Part shown: piece by piece, positions 40,137-50,768 of the stretch
Numbering within the stretch: the first letter of the stretch is position 1
Layout: every line of letters starts with the position of its first letter
DNA from: Chiloscyllium plagiosum
Taxonomy: Eukaryota
Assembly (NCBI RefSeq): GCF_004010195.1
Contig: NC_057719.1
Location: 72,193,335 to 72,257,334, forward strand
Length of the DNA: 64,000 bases
Reading direction: 5' to 3'
Notes under the pieces: model-generated
Seen by the model: the letters and a program-made list of their open reading frames with translations, nothing else
What the model was told of the DNA's origin: nothing
The model's database searches: none
Position numbers and translations under genes: made by a program

Positions 40137-41456
40137 ACGGCACCTTTCATGGAACCTTTCTTTCTGTACTGGATCCACTTAAACATTCATTTGCTCTGCT
40201 CATAGTAGAAGCTGCTGTCCAACAATCTTTGGTGAATTTCTATAGTACATCTTGTAGATAGTACACTCCTCTGTTATTGAGCGGCGGTGAGGGAAGGAGT
40301 GGATGCTTGTGGATATGGTGCCAATCAGGCGTGCTGCTTTGTCCTGGATGGTGTCAAGCTTTTTGAGTGTTGTAGAAGCTGCACTCATCCAGGCAAGTGG
40401 GGAGTATTCCATCACAGTGCTGTCTTGTGTCTTGTAGATGGTGGACATGCTTTGGGCAGTCAGGAGATGAATTACTCACGCAGTATTCCTAGTGTCTGAA
40501 CTGCTCTGATAGCCACTGTGTTTATATGGTGAGTCCAGTTGAGTTCCTGGTCAATGATAACCCCCAGGATGTCAATAGTGGGGGATTCAGTGATGATAAC
40601 ACCATCAAATATCAGGGTGCAGTGATTAGATCATCTCTAATTGGAAATGGTCATTGCCTGGCATTTCTGTGGCGTGAATATTACTTGCCACTTGTCATCC
40701 CAAACCTGGATATTGTCCAAATCTTGTTACATTTAAACATGGACTGCTTCAGTATCTGAGGAGTGAATGATGCTGAACATTGCAGATTCATCGACGAACA
40801 TCCCCACTTCTTACCTTATGATGGAGTATAGATCATTGAAGCAGTTGAAGAAAGTTGGGCCTAAGACACTATCCTGAGGAACTCCTGCAGAGATGTTGTG
40901 GAGCTGAGATGACTGACCTGCAACAACCACAACGATCTTCCTCTATGCCAGGTACAACTCCAACCAGCAGACAATGTGTCCCCTGATATCCACTGATTCC
41001 TAGCCTGATGCCACGTTGGTCGAATGCAGCGTTGATGTCAAGGGCTTTCACTCTCGTCTCACCTCTGGAATTAAGCTTGTTTATCTGTGTTTGAACCCCA
41101 GTTTGGAGCTGAGTGACCTTGGCAGAATCCAACCTGGGCATTGCTGAGCAGGTGCTGCTTTATAGCATTGATGATGATACCTTCCATCATTTTACTGACG
41201 ATTGAGTGTAGATTGATGGAGCATTAATTGGCTGGATTGGATTTGCCTAGCTTTTATGTACAGGATCTACCTGGGCAATTTTCCATATTGTCAAATAGGT
41301 GCCAGTGTTCTAACTATACTGGAAGAGCTTGGCAAGGGGAATGGCAAGTTCTGGAGCACAAGTCTTTAGTCTACATGGAGTGAATCAAATTGGCTGAAGA
41401 CTGGTATCTGTAAAGCTGTTTGTGGTAGGACTACAGAGGCTAGCTCTGATCTGTTG

Positions 41457-41577
41457 GAAGGGCATAAGCCCAAAATGTCGATTCTCCTGCTCCTTGGATG
41501 CTGCCTGACCGGTTGTGCTTTTCCAGCACCACACTCTTCAACTCTAATCTCCAGCATCTATAGTGCTCACTTTCTCC
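41457..41577 (+). mobile_element. Family-B Penelope-like short insert (hammerhead 5'-truncated)
   Basis: Starts at GAAGGGCATAAGCCCAAAATGTCGATTCTCC; body matches 20034-20161. Confidence 0.75.
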
Positions 41578-42227
41578 CTGTGGGATTGCTTAGCTCTATA
41601 TTATTTACTGTTTCTGCATTTGGCATGCAAGTAGTTCTTTTTGGTAGCTGCACCTCCTTTTTAGGTATGCCTTCTGCTGCTCCTGGCATGCTTTCCTGCA
41701 CTCTGTATTGAACTACAATTGATCCCCTGGTTTGATGGTAATGGTTGAGTGGATGATTATATTACGCCATGAGGTTTGTAGGTTGTGCTGAAGTACATTC
41801 TGCTACCACGGATGGCCCACAGCACCTCATGGATGCCCAGTCTTCAATTGCTAGATCTGTTCAAAGTCTGTCTCATTTAGCACTGCAATAGTCCCACACA
41901 ACACAATGGAGGGTATTCTCAATGTGAAGGCAGAACTTTGTCTCCTCAAGGACTGTGCAGTGGTCACAGTTACCAATAGTCACTGACAGATGCATTCTTG
42001 GGTAAGGATGAGGTCAAGAATATGTTTCCCTCTTGTTTTTTTCCCTCGCCACATGTCACAGATGCAATTCAGCAGCAATGTCCTTTACAACTGGACCAGC
42101 TCAAACAATAGTGCTGCCACCAAGCCACTCTTGGTGGTGGTCATTAAAATTCCCCACCAGAGTGCATTTTTCACCCTTACAAACTTCAATGCTTCCTCCA
42201 AATGTTGCTCAACATAGAGGAGTACTG

Positions 42228-42343
42228 GGAGAAGTGAGGACTGCAGATGCTGGAGATGAGAGTTGAAAAGTGTAGTGCTGGAAAAGCAAAGCAGGTCAGG
42301 CAGCATCCAAGGAGCAGGAGAATCGAGTATAAGCTCTTCATTT
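42228..42343 (-). mobile_element. Family-B Penelope-like short insert
   Basis: Reverse complement of the 20034 body; TSD GGAGTACTG (42219-27) / GGAGTATTG (42344-52). Confidence 0.75.
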
Positions 42344-42857
42344 GGAGTATTGATTCATTAGCTGAAGGAGGACAGTACATGGTAATCAGCAGGTGGTTTC
42401 CTTGCCTGTGTTTAAGCTGAAGCAGTGAGACTTCATGGGGTCCAAAGTCTCAATGTCAAACACTCTCGGGACAACTCTCTCCCTACTGTATGCCACTGTA
42501 TCATTACCTGTGCTTGGTCAGTCCTGTCAGTGGGATGGAACATATCCAGGAATGGTGATGCTCTTGTCTGAGACATTGTCTGCAAGGTATCATTACGTGA
42601 TTATGACTATCTCATGCTGTTGCTTGACTAATCTGTGAGACAGCTCACCAGATTTTAGCACTGTACTCCAGGACTTTGCAGTGTTGACAAGTCTGTTTCT
42701 GCCATTCTTTTCTGGTACCTAGTCGATGCCAAGTGGTTCATCCAGTTTCCTTTCTTTGTTGAGACTTTGCACCAATTGATATAACTAAGTGGCTTTTGGT
42801 AGAAGGAAAGACACACAGTTGTGCATGATAGCACTTATGGGTTAAAAAAAAGACCTT

Positions 42858-43615
42858 ATCAATGATATTGTCTTCCTGGTTGACTGTGCACACTGTGAGC
42901 AACTGACACAACTTGATGCACTAATGAGGGATCAAACCATTGGAAATGTGCCTATTCTTATTCTTGGTAACAAAATTGTCTGACCTGAGGCAATCAGTGA
43001 AGAGATGTTTCAAGAGCTGTTTAGGTTATGTAGTAAAACATAGAAGCTGAATACTTTCATGAAGGAGCTTAATGCATGACCACTGAAAGTCTTTATGTGC
43101 AATGTCCTACAGAGACAAGGTTATAGAGAAGGATTTCACTGGCTAGCTCAGTACTTTGGCGAAATCTGACTTTGGAAAGGTTATCTGTCAAAGATTGAAA
43201 ATCAGCTATCAACATAAAACAACTTGAACCTTCCAGACATTTTCTGGGTATATGTTTGCTTTTCAAAGTCTGATGTTTTTCTAGAAAGATAACAATAACA
43301 TTGGCTGCTCTAAAAGAGAAAAGAAATCATCTGTATGTATGAGACCACAAAAAATATTCTTGAAAAATTTGTATGTTTAAAGTTACAGTATGGTAACACT
43401 TTAATTTCAGTAGATAACTGTTTCCCTCCTTTGATTTGCAACATTAACCAATCTGTACAGTTTGGGACAGAGTGTACTTTGACATACATAGCATCTGAAT
43501 GCAATTTTTAGCAGGAAAGCAACATATATGCGAGTGGTATATAATGATCATGTAAAAGTTTTTATGTACTAGTTTCAAATTGTTTGGTTCAATAAAATTA
43601 GAGCATGTAAAAAAG
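42858..43615 (+). pseudogene. SAR1: 5'-truncated processed pseudogene of the COPII GTPase SAR1 (CDS remnant 42858-43163 plus probable 3' UTR)
   Basis: One intronless frame: [72 protein letters not shown]; 3 in-frame stops; AATAAA at 43591 followed by an A run; paralog A versus B not resolvable. Confidence 0.92.
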
Positions 43616-44674
43616 AATTTTTTAAATAATAAATAGACCCACTATCTGCATGTACCCCAGCTTGGATGGAATTTCACACTGGCCCCTAATGTTCTGAACC
43701 TCTCTCAGGAGCCTGTGCCCCACAACCTGAGTCACCTCTTAAGTATGTGTGTGACTTTTCACCTTGCAAAGAGACATTTTTGTACAGGATTCTGCTGAAC
43801 ACCATTCACTTGGACTCCTTTGTTTGTCACTTGGACATGCCTTGGTACGCTGTTTTGCAGCTGGGCAGAGTGGATTCCTCGCAGAGGCCTCTCTAAGCAG
43901 GAGTCCTCCAATGTTCCATCAGGGACTTGAGGTAGAGGATGTTCTATGCAGCAGTCCCTTATAACTGCAGATTGCGGCAATTCACAGACTCCCAGACCAT
44001 CTGTTTATTCTGTGGCGTTGTGGACCATGTATATATTGGTTGTGCACATCCTTTTTAGTTAGTTGAAAATTTTTTTATTGTGTTTTTGGTTGCACTTCAG
44101 CCCTCCGCTCTTGATCTTTGGGCATTCAATGCAGAAGGGTGTGGATAGGTTGGAGGACCTCCTGTGGGTCTACTCCTGGGTCTGACCAGGCTGGGTATAA
44201 ACAGGTCCAGGCAGTGGGCAATGGAGAGATGTCATCTATACCAACAATCTCCCCTCTGTGGTTATGGTTGGAGCTGGTTATCATTGGAGAGGGAGCACAT
44301 AATAGTCACCAATGCTCATTATGCCTATAGAGAGAGATGGGCACCATGGAAGATAGTGTTTTATCTCCCCATTCAACTCCATTTTGATTTAGCCCCTTCC
44401 CGTTCTCTCTACATGTCCCTCATTTTTGATGGTTTGCCTTGCCTGTAACAGGCTTTGCATATAAATATCCAATTGACTGCACAGGTGATTTACTAGTGGC
44501 AGTTAATAGCTAAAATAAAAAGTAAGGGTTATTTGGTGGTGGGGAAGAAACCATTCGGTTGTGTGTGATATCACTTCTGGATATAAACAAAATGCAGATC
44601 CAGAAGCCGTTCAGTTGTGTGTAAGGGCACTGCTTCATGCAAAAAGAAGACCTGGAAAAAAATGTGCAGACCCA

Positions 44675-44813
44675 GAGGATTCTTGTGGCACAGTGGTAGT
44701 CCCACCCTCTGAACTAGGAGACCTGGGTTCAAGTTCTAACTGCTCAAAAGGTTTGTCATAACATTGCTGAGCAGGTTGTTTAGAAAATAGATAGATATGT
44801 AACAAATAAAAAA
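44675..44813 (+). mobile_element. Short tRNA-derived SINE with A-rich tail
   Basis: TGGCACAGTGG A box, GGTTCAAGTTC B box; 9-bp TSD GCAGACCCA (44666-74 / 44814-22). Confidence 0.7.
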
Positions 44814-46130
44814 GCAGACCCATAGATGGGTCTGCAGAATTGTCTGTCCAGGGTTGGGACTAGCGTTTGTATGCCACAAATACTGGCTTTATTTTGTGTC
44901 CAACATTAAATGAAATTCCTTTTCAGTTGGGCTTTCTGACTTATTACAGCCAGGGTCAGTTTTGTGAATTTCCTCTAGACCTCCTCCAATGACAGCCTTC
45001 CTTAGAATCAGGGCCCAAAACTTTATTTGATTTGATTTGTTATTGTCACATGTACCTAAGTACAGTGAAAATGTTTTTTATTTTGCGAGCACTGCAGGCA
45101 CATCAAAACATACAAATCTTTGGGTGTTTAGATAGAGTGAGGCATACAAGGTTACAGCTGCACAGGAAGTGCACAAAAGCAAGATCAACAATGGATTTGA
45201 AATTAGAGTGGTCCATTCAGCAGTCCAATATCAGCAGTGAAGAAGCTGTTCTTGAACCTGTTGGTACAGATTCAAGCTTCTGTATCTTCTGCCTGATGGA
45301 TGAATATTGAAAAGCGTATTACTGGGGTGGGAGGGGTCTCTGATGATGTTGGCAGCCTTTTCAAATATAGTCTACCAGAACATTCCTCAGCAGTACATTC
45401 CTGCTTTTGTACTCTTGCCCTGTCAAAATGAATGTGAATATTGAATTTGCCTTCCTAACTGCCAACTGAACCTGCACGTTAAGCTTAAGGTAATTCTATA
45501 CTAGGACTCCTAAGCACCTTGTGCTTCAGATTTCCAAAGTCTTTCCCTTGTTATAAAATAGTCTAAACATCTCTTCTTCCTACATCATGAATAGTTGTGG
45601 TACCTGACCCCTACTACTTGTTATCACTTTTAATATTGAAAAAGACCCCCTTTTAGCCACTGTCTGCTTTCTATCAGTCAGCCAATCCTCCATCCATTGC
45701 CAGTACCTTGCTATGGGCTCCTATCTAATTCAGCACTCTCTTAAGCGGCACATTGTCAAATGCTTTCTGGAAATCCAAATAGATTACAAGCACTGGCTCT
45801 CCTTTGTCTGACTTGCAACCTCCTCAGAGAATTTGAACAGAATTGTCAGGCATGACCTTACCTTGTCGTGCATTTCCAAGTACTCTGCAATATCATCCTT
45901 AATAATGGACTCTAAAATCTTACCAACGACTGAGGTCAGGTTAATCAACCTGTAATCTCTCATCTTAAACAGTTATTACAAGAGCCATTTGTCAGTCCCC
46001 TGGGATTCTCCATGACTTCAGTGATTCCTGAAAGATCTTGCTGAGAAAACAGATTATGAATAGTGTTTTCCTGATATTTCTGGCAAACATCCAAGATGCA
46101 TAACATCTCGTCTGGTGTTGTGGATAGTAA

Positions 46131-46241
46131 GGATGGCAGATGCTGAAGTCGATAAAGCGTGGCGCTGGAAAAAAGCACAGGAGGTCAGCAGCAACTAAGG
46201 AGCAAGAGAATCGACATTTTGGGCAGAACTCTTCTTCAGGA
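46131..46241 (-). mobile_element. Family-B Penelope-like short insert
   Basis: Reverse complement begins TCCTGAAGAAGAGTTCTGCCCAAAATGTCGATTCTC. Confidence 0.7.
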
Positions 46242-46554
46242 CGAATAGTTAAGTCATCTTCCACAACACAATATCACAGCTGGCCTTGGTGTAACTGTAT
46301 TTAGCTGGCAATATCCGAATGGTCCACCTTCAGTAATATACACTCCCAGCTCTGTTATTGTTGTGGATAATTTAAACGACCATTGCTGTCCAAATACTAT
46401 TTTCAACAATTTTGAGCAAGTTTTTTTTGTTTACGAAAAAAGAAAGGTCACTGAATGTTCTTTTGAGAGAGCAAGACCTCACCAGGTGATGTGAAACTCT
46501 GGACGGTCCACGGTTCACAAAATGATGAAGTCATCTTCCACGATCCCTGGTTGC

Positions 46555-46753
46555 TGCGGACGCTGGAAGTCAGAGTTGAGTTTTTATTTAAAAAGTGGTG
46601 CTGGAAAGGCGCAGCGGGTCAGGCAGCACCAGAGGAGCAGGAAATATGGACATTTCGGGTAATTGACCCTTCACCAGGACTCCCTGAAACATCGACATTC
46701 CTGCTCCTCCGGTGCTGCCTGACCCGCTGCGCCTCTCCGAGCTCCACTTTTTA
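46555..46753. repeat. Fold-back (inverted) pair of family-B elements upstream of SCFD1
   Basis: Arms AAAAAGTGG..GGCGCAGCGGGTCAGGCAGCACC.GAGGAGCAGGAA and TTCCTGCTCCTC.GGTGCTGCCTGACCCGCTGCGCC..CCACTTTTT; turn at a degenerate hammerhead (46648-46693). Confidence 0.85.
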
Positions 46754-46881
46754 TCGACCCTGGTTGTCACCCTGTTACTGAATTCAAAGCTGGGTCACAC
46801 AGGTAGGTGGGAAAAGTCTGCCTTAACCACCGTAACAGCAACGCTTCGCACATGCCCAGCGACTGGTATGATTACGGTACA

Positions 46882-46973
46882 CAGCCACCTGATGAGGGAG
46901 CGGCGCTCCGAAAGCTGGTGCTTCCGAATAAACCTGTTGGACAATAACCTGGCGGGGTGTGATTTTTAACTCT
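46882..46973 (+). mobile_element. 92-bp family-C Penelope-like insert with hammerhead motif in the SCFD1 promoter
   Basis: CAC-CTGATGA-G-GGAGC GGC GCTCC-GAAAG-CTG-GTG; 11-bp TSD ATTACGGTACA (46871-81 / 46974-84). Confidence 0.8.
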
Positions 46974-47098
46974 ATTACGGTACAGTGCAGACTCCGCACA
47001 CGCAGGCACGGGGCCCGGCAATGCGGAACATTACGGTAGAGCGCAGGCTCCGTGTCCGATCTGCCACGTCATCCGGAGCAACGTCAGACGAAACCAAG

Positions 47099-47129
47099 AT
47101 GGCGGCGTCCGTGCGCGAGAAGCAGATCG
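47099..47129 (+). CDS. SCFD1: Sec1 family domain containing 1 (Sly1), coding exon 1
   Basis: AAG ATG G Kozak context; MAASVREKQI + G|gtaagt (human ..AASIRERQT). Confidence 0.93.
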
Positions 47130-47690
47130 GTAAGTAGCCGCTTGGCAACAGCTGTCACTGCGGGTGCACATCGGAAACTCCGGCCTCCTCTCGTAGCTCA
47201 CTGATCCGTGTGGGAAAGTAAAAGGCCCAAGAAACTGCGGTTGTAACAAATTGGGATTGCTGATCCGCGGATGTGAAGCCAGTCGGAGATGGGGATCTTC
47301 TGATGCTACCAGCATCAGACGTTTCTTACTCTTTACGGTCTTTTCTAAAGACGTTGATTATTTATGTAGAGGCATGGCCTTGCCCCGAAACGATGGCAAC
47401 TGTGTGTCAGCAGCAAAACCAAAATTGCTCTGGCCCACACAATTTGAGTGTTTTTTTTTAATTCAGTGCAGTGTGTCTCAGCGGTATCCGGTAATGATTA
47501 GTTATTTGTTCACAAATTTTAAATATGTTTGATAACATCATACTTTTCTGACTAAAATTGGACCACTTTTCTTTTTCATACCAATATTGTTATGATCTTG
47601 ATGGGGGCAACGTCTGTCTTGTTTCACGGTTCCCGTTATGACCAATCGTATGCTTTCTCTAAATCAGACTTAGAATACAAAAGAACTATT

Positions 47691-48026
47691 GAATTTAGAT
47701 TACTTACTGAATTTAGATTACTTACAGTGTGGAAACAGGCCCTTCGACCCAACAAGTCCACACCGACCCGCCGAAGCACAACCCACCCTGACCCATTCCC
47801 CTACATTTACCCCTTCACCTAACACTATGGGTAATTTAGCATGGCCAATTCACCTAACTTGCACATTTTTGGACTGTGGGAGGAAACCGGAGCACCCGGA
47901 GGAAACCCACGCAGACACGGCGAGAATGTGCAAACTCCACACAGAGAGTTGCCTGAGGCGGAAATTGAACCCGGGTCTCTGGTGCTGTGAGGCAGCAGTG
48001 CTAACCACTGTGCCACTGTGCTGCCC
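47691..48026 (-). mobile_element. HE1-type SINE
   Basis: Full head and body; tail GAATTTAGATTACTTAC duplicated. Confidence 0.9.
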
Positions 48027-48110
48027 ATACTGTTAACTAAATATTTTAACAAGATATTTTAAAATTAATTTCTGATGGGGGGGGGCTTATTTCACGAAGT
48101 GCTGATATGC

Positions 48111-48349
48111 AGATAAGATTAGATTAGATTACTTTACAGTGTGGAAACAGGCCTTTCGGCCCAACAAGTCCACACCGACCCGCCGAAGCGTAACCCACCC
48201 ATACCCCTACATTTACCCCTTACCTAACACTACGGGCAATTTAGCATGGCCAATTCACCTGACCCAGTCAGTCGCCTGAGGCGGGAATTGAACCCGGGTC
48301 TCTGGCACTGCGAGGCAGCAGTGCTAACCACTGTGCCACCGTGCCGCCC
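48111..48349 (-). mobile_element. HE1-type SINE with central deletion
   Basis: Head and tail intact; middle part missing at about 48263. Confidence 0.88.
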
Positions 48350-48368
48350 ACAATACTGGTTTTGGACT

Positions 48369-48865
48369 GGGGTGTATAAAGTTAAAAATCACACAACGCC
48401 AGGTTATAGTCCAACAGGTTTAATTGGAAGCTCTAGCTTTCGGAGTGCTGCTCCTTCACCAGGTGGTTGTGGAGGTCATAATTGTAAGACACAGAATTTA
48501 TAGCAAAAGTTTACAGTGTGATGTAACTGAAATTATACATTGAAAAATACCTTGATTATTTGTTAAGTCTCTCATCTGTTAGAATGACCATGTTAGTTTC
48601 ACTTCTTTCATATGTAAATCGCAAAACTTTTTAAAAAAAAGTTACATTCTCAAGTGAACTTTAACAATTGGTGTCAGCCCAGACAATGTATTGGGTATTA
48701 ACACCGCTCTGTGCTGCTGTCTGTGTCATAATGTTTAGATAGATTCTAATCTAAAAAATGAATTAACAGAATCTTACACGGATTCATAAAATTTTTGAGC
48801 GAAGTACAATGTAACAGTGCAAGTACAAATTCACCCCACAAACTTGTTTGTGTGCAATTGACCTT
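48369..48865 (-). mobile_element. Family-C Penelope-like 3' fragment
   Basis: Reverse complement CCACCTGGTGAAGGAGCAGCACTCCGAAAGCTAGAG...AACCTGTTGGACTATAACCTGG matches 46882-46973. Confidence 0.7.
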
Positions 48866-48867
48866 GC

Positions 48868-49230
48868 AGGGGTGACCTTATAGAGGTTGACAAAATCATG
48901 AGGGGCATGGATAGGGTAAATAGACAAAGTCTTTTCCCTGGGGTCGGGAAGTACAGAACTAGAGGGCATAGTTTTAGGGTGAGAGGGGAAAGATATAAAA
49001 GAGACCTTGCGAGGGTGGTACGGGTACGGAATGAACTGCCAGAGGAAATGGTGGAGGCTTGTACAATTGCAACATTTAAGAGGCATTTGGATGGATATAT
49101 GGATAGGAAGGGTTTGGAGGGATATGGGCCGGGTGCTGGCAGGTGGGACGAGTTTGGGTTGGGATATCTGGTCAGCATGGACAGGTTGGACCGGAGGGTC
49201 TGTTTCCATGCTGTACATCTCAATGACTCT
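48868..49230 (+). mobile_element. CR1 LINE 3' end
   Basis: GDLIEV.KIMRGMDRVNRQSLFPGVG..RTRGH. Confidence 0.9.
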
Positions 49231-50768
49231 AAATGATCATCCTTGATCACAATGAATGGTAGAGGAGGCTGAACTTGCTGAGTGGCCTAATCTTGTTCCC
49301 ATGGTACCATACTGGACTGACAAGAAGGGCCCTTTTCCAGAAACAGGACAGCTGAATTGGAAGGCTGTTTTTCTTCAGCTTTTCTCCCTCAACTGAAAAT
49401 CAAAACAAACAATCTCCAAGAAGAACTAGCGACCTCCCAGTTGTATAAAGAGTCAGGTGTTTCTTTTTCCCCCAAAGTGTTTTCAAATAACAAGATTAGT
49501 AATCACCAGTAACTATGCAGTTTCCAAAAATGCCTTATTTTAAAAGAATTTCATTCACCTTTTAGAAAGCAATCCAGTTATCTCCACAATCCTTTAACTC
49601 AAGTCAGAAAAATTACTGAAGTCTTCATAACAGTATTTACATATGCATACACACACCACACAGTTGAGACCATTTGTTATATCAAAGGATTATCTAAGAA
49701 CAAGTAGTTTCTCATTGTAATGGCATGCATGAATCATAAAACTTGCACCTGAGTACTTCAGTCATGTACTCCAAATAACGTTTCATTAAAGGGGTCTTAA
49801 AAGGCAGATTTCACTCTATTCTAACTGTATTAAACCGTCTACATGAAGGCGCAGACAATTGCTTATAGAAGATAACCTGATGCAGAATGCAGTGCTTTTG
49901 ATTTATGGACGACAGTTCATGGGATTCAGTTGGCGATCGAAATTAAATATAAAAACCTAAGAAATAGGGTTAAAAGTAGGCCATTCTTCCCTTTGAGCCT
50001 GCTGTGTCATTCATATGATCATCCAAGTCAGAAGCATGTTCCTGCTTTTCCCCAATACCCTCTGATCCCTTTAAATCCAAGTGCTCTCCAACTACTTATT
50101 GAAATCATACAAAACTTTTGGACTTGACTACTTTCTGAGTTAGTGAATTCCACAAGCTCGCAACTCCTGGCTGAAAAAAATTCTCCTCATCTCAGCCCTG
50201 ACTGATTTAACCTGAACCCTTAGACTCTGACAACTAGTTAGTGGTATAATGGATTAGATTTTCCTGTTTCTGTATTTGAGCATGTTCTGTGGTCTGAGCA
50301 AAGTATGTCATAGTAAGTTATCATGGATGGGGACACACTTTTAACATACCTTTATTGTTTGTAATTCAATATGTCTGAGCAAAAGCTGGTTCCATATGAA
50401 AAGTGCTAATGAGAGTTATTTATTGTTATGTGCTAAAAGCTGGATAAAAATAAGTTAATTGGTGTACATTGAATAAAAAAGTTGAAAAATTATTTTTGAA
50501 TTTGAAACTTGCTGTGAATATTTGAGGCTCCTGGTAGGTATTGGCTAACTTTATTAAGATACATCTTCCATGCAGAATTTTTCTCATGTAATTTATGATT
50601 TGTGGGAAACAATTCTGTTAAAGCTATTTAGAAAATCAGTGTTCTGTCTACAGCCAAAAGGTATCCACTTCATTATACTAATTCATTTTCTATTTCCAGT
50701 TCAAGATTAAATTGAGTTTAATATTTGTTATGAAATGCTTGTATTACTTTTTTTTAGGATGCCTTTTA

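Larger units (their letters stand above)
40200..42800 (-). mobile_element. CR1/L2-clade LINE (endonuclease + RT, decayed) with two nested family-B inserts
   Basis: LNSRGETRV.ALDI.AAFD, GVPQ, MEYSPLAWMSAASTTLKKLDTIQDKAARLIG. Confidence 0.85.
46500..47300 (+). promoter_or_regulatory. CpG-island promoter of SCFD1 with UPRE/XBP1/CREB3-type GCCACGTCA (47063-71), CRE half-site ACGTCA (47081-86) and YY1 motif AAGATGGCGGC over the ATG
   Basis: The clearest CpG-dense stretch outside young repeats; motifs read directly; surrounds the SCFD1 start codon. Confidence 0.75.

Noticed and set aside
42843..42857. TSD for the SAR1 retrocopy (AAAAAGACC versus AAATAGACC near 43631)
   Set aside because: Too short and A-rich to distinguish from chance
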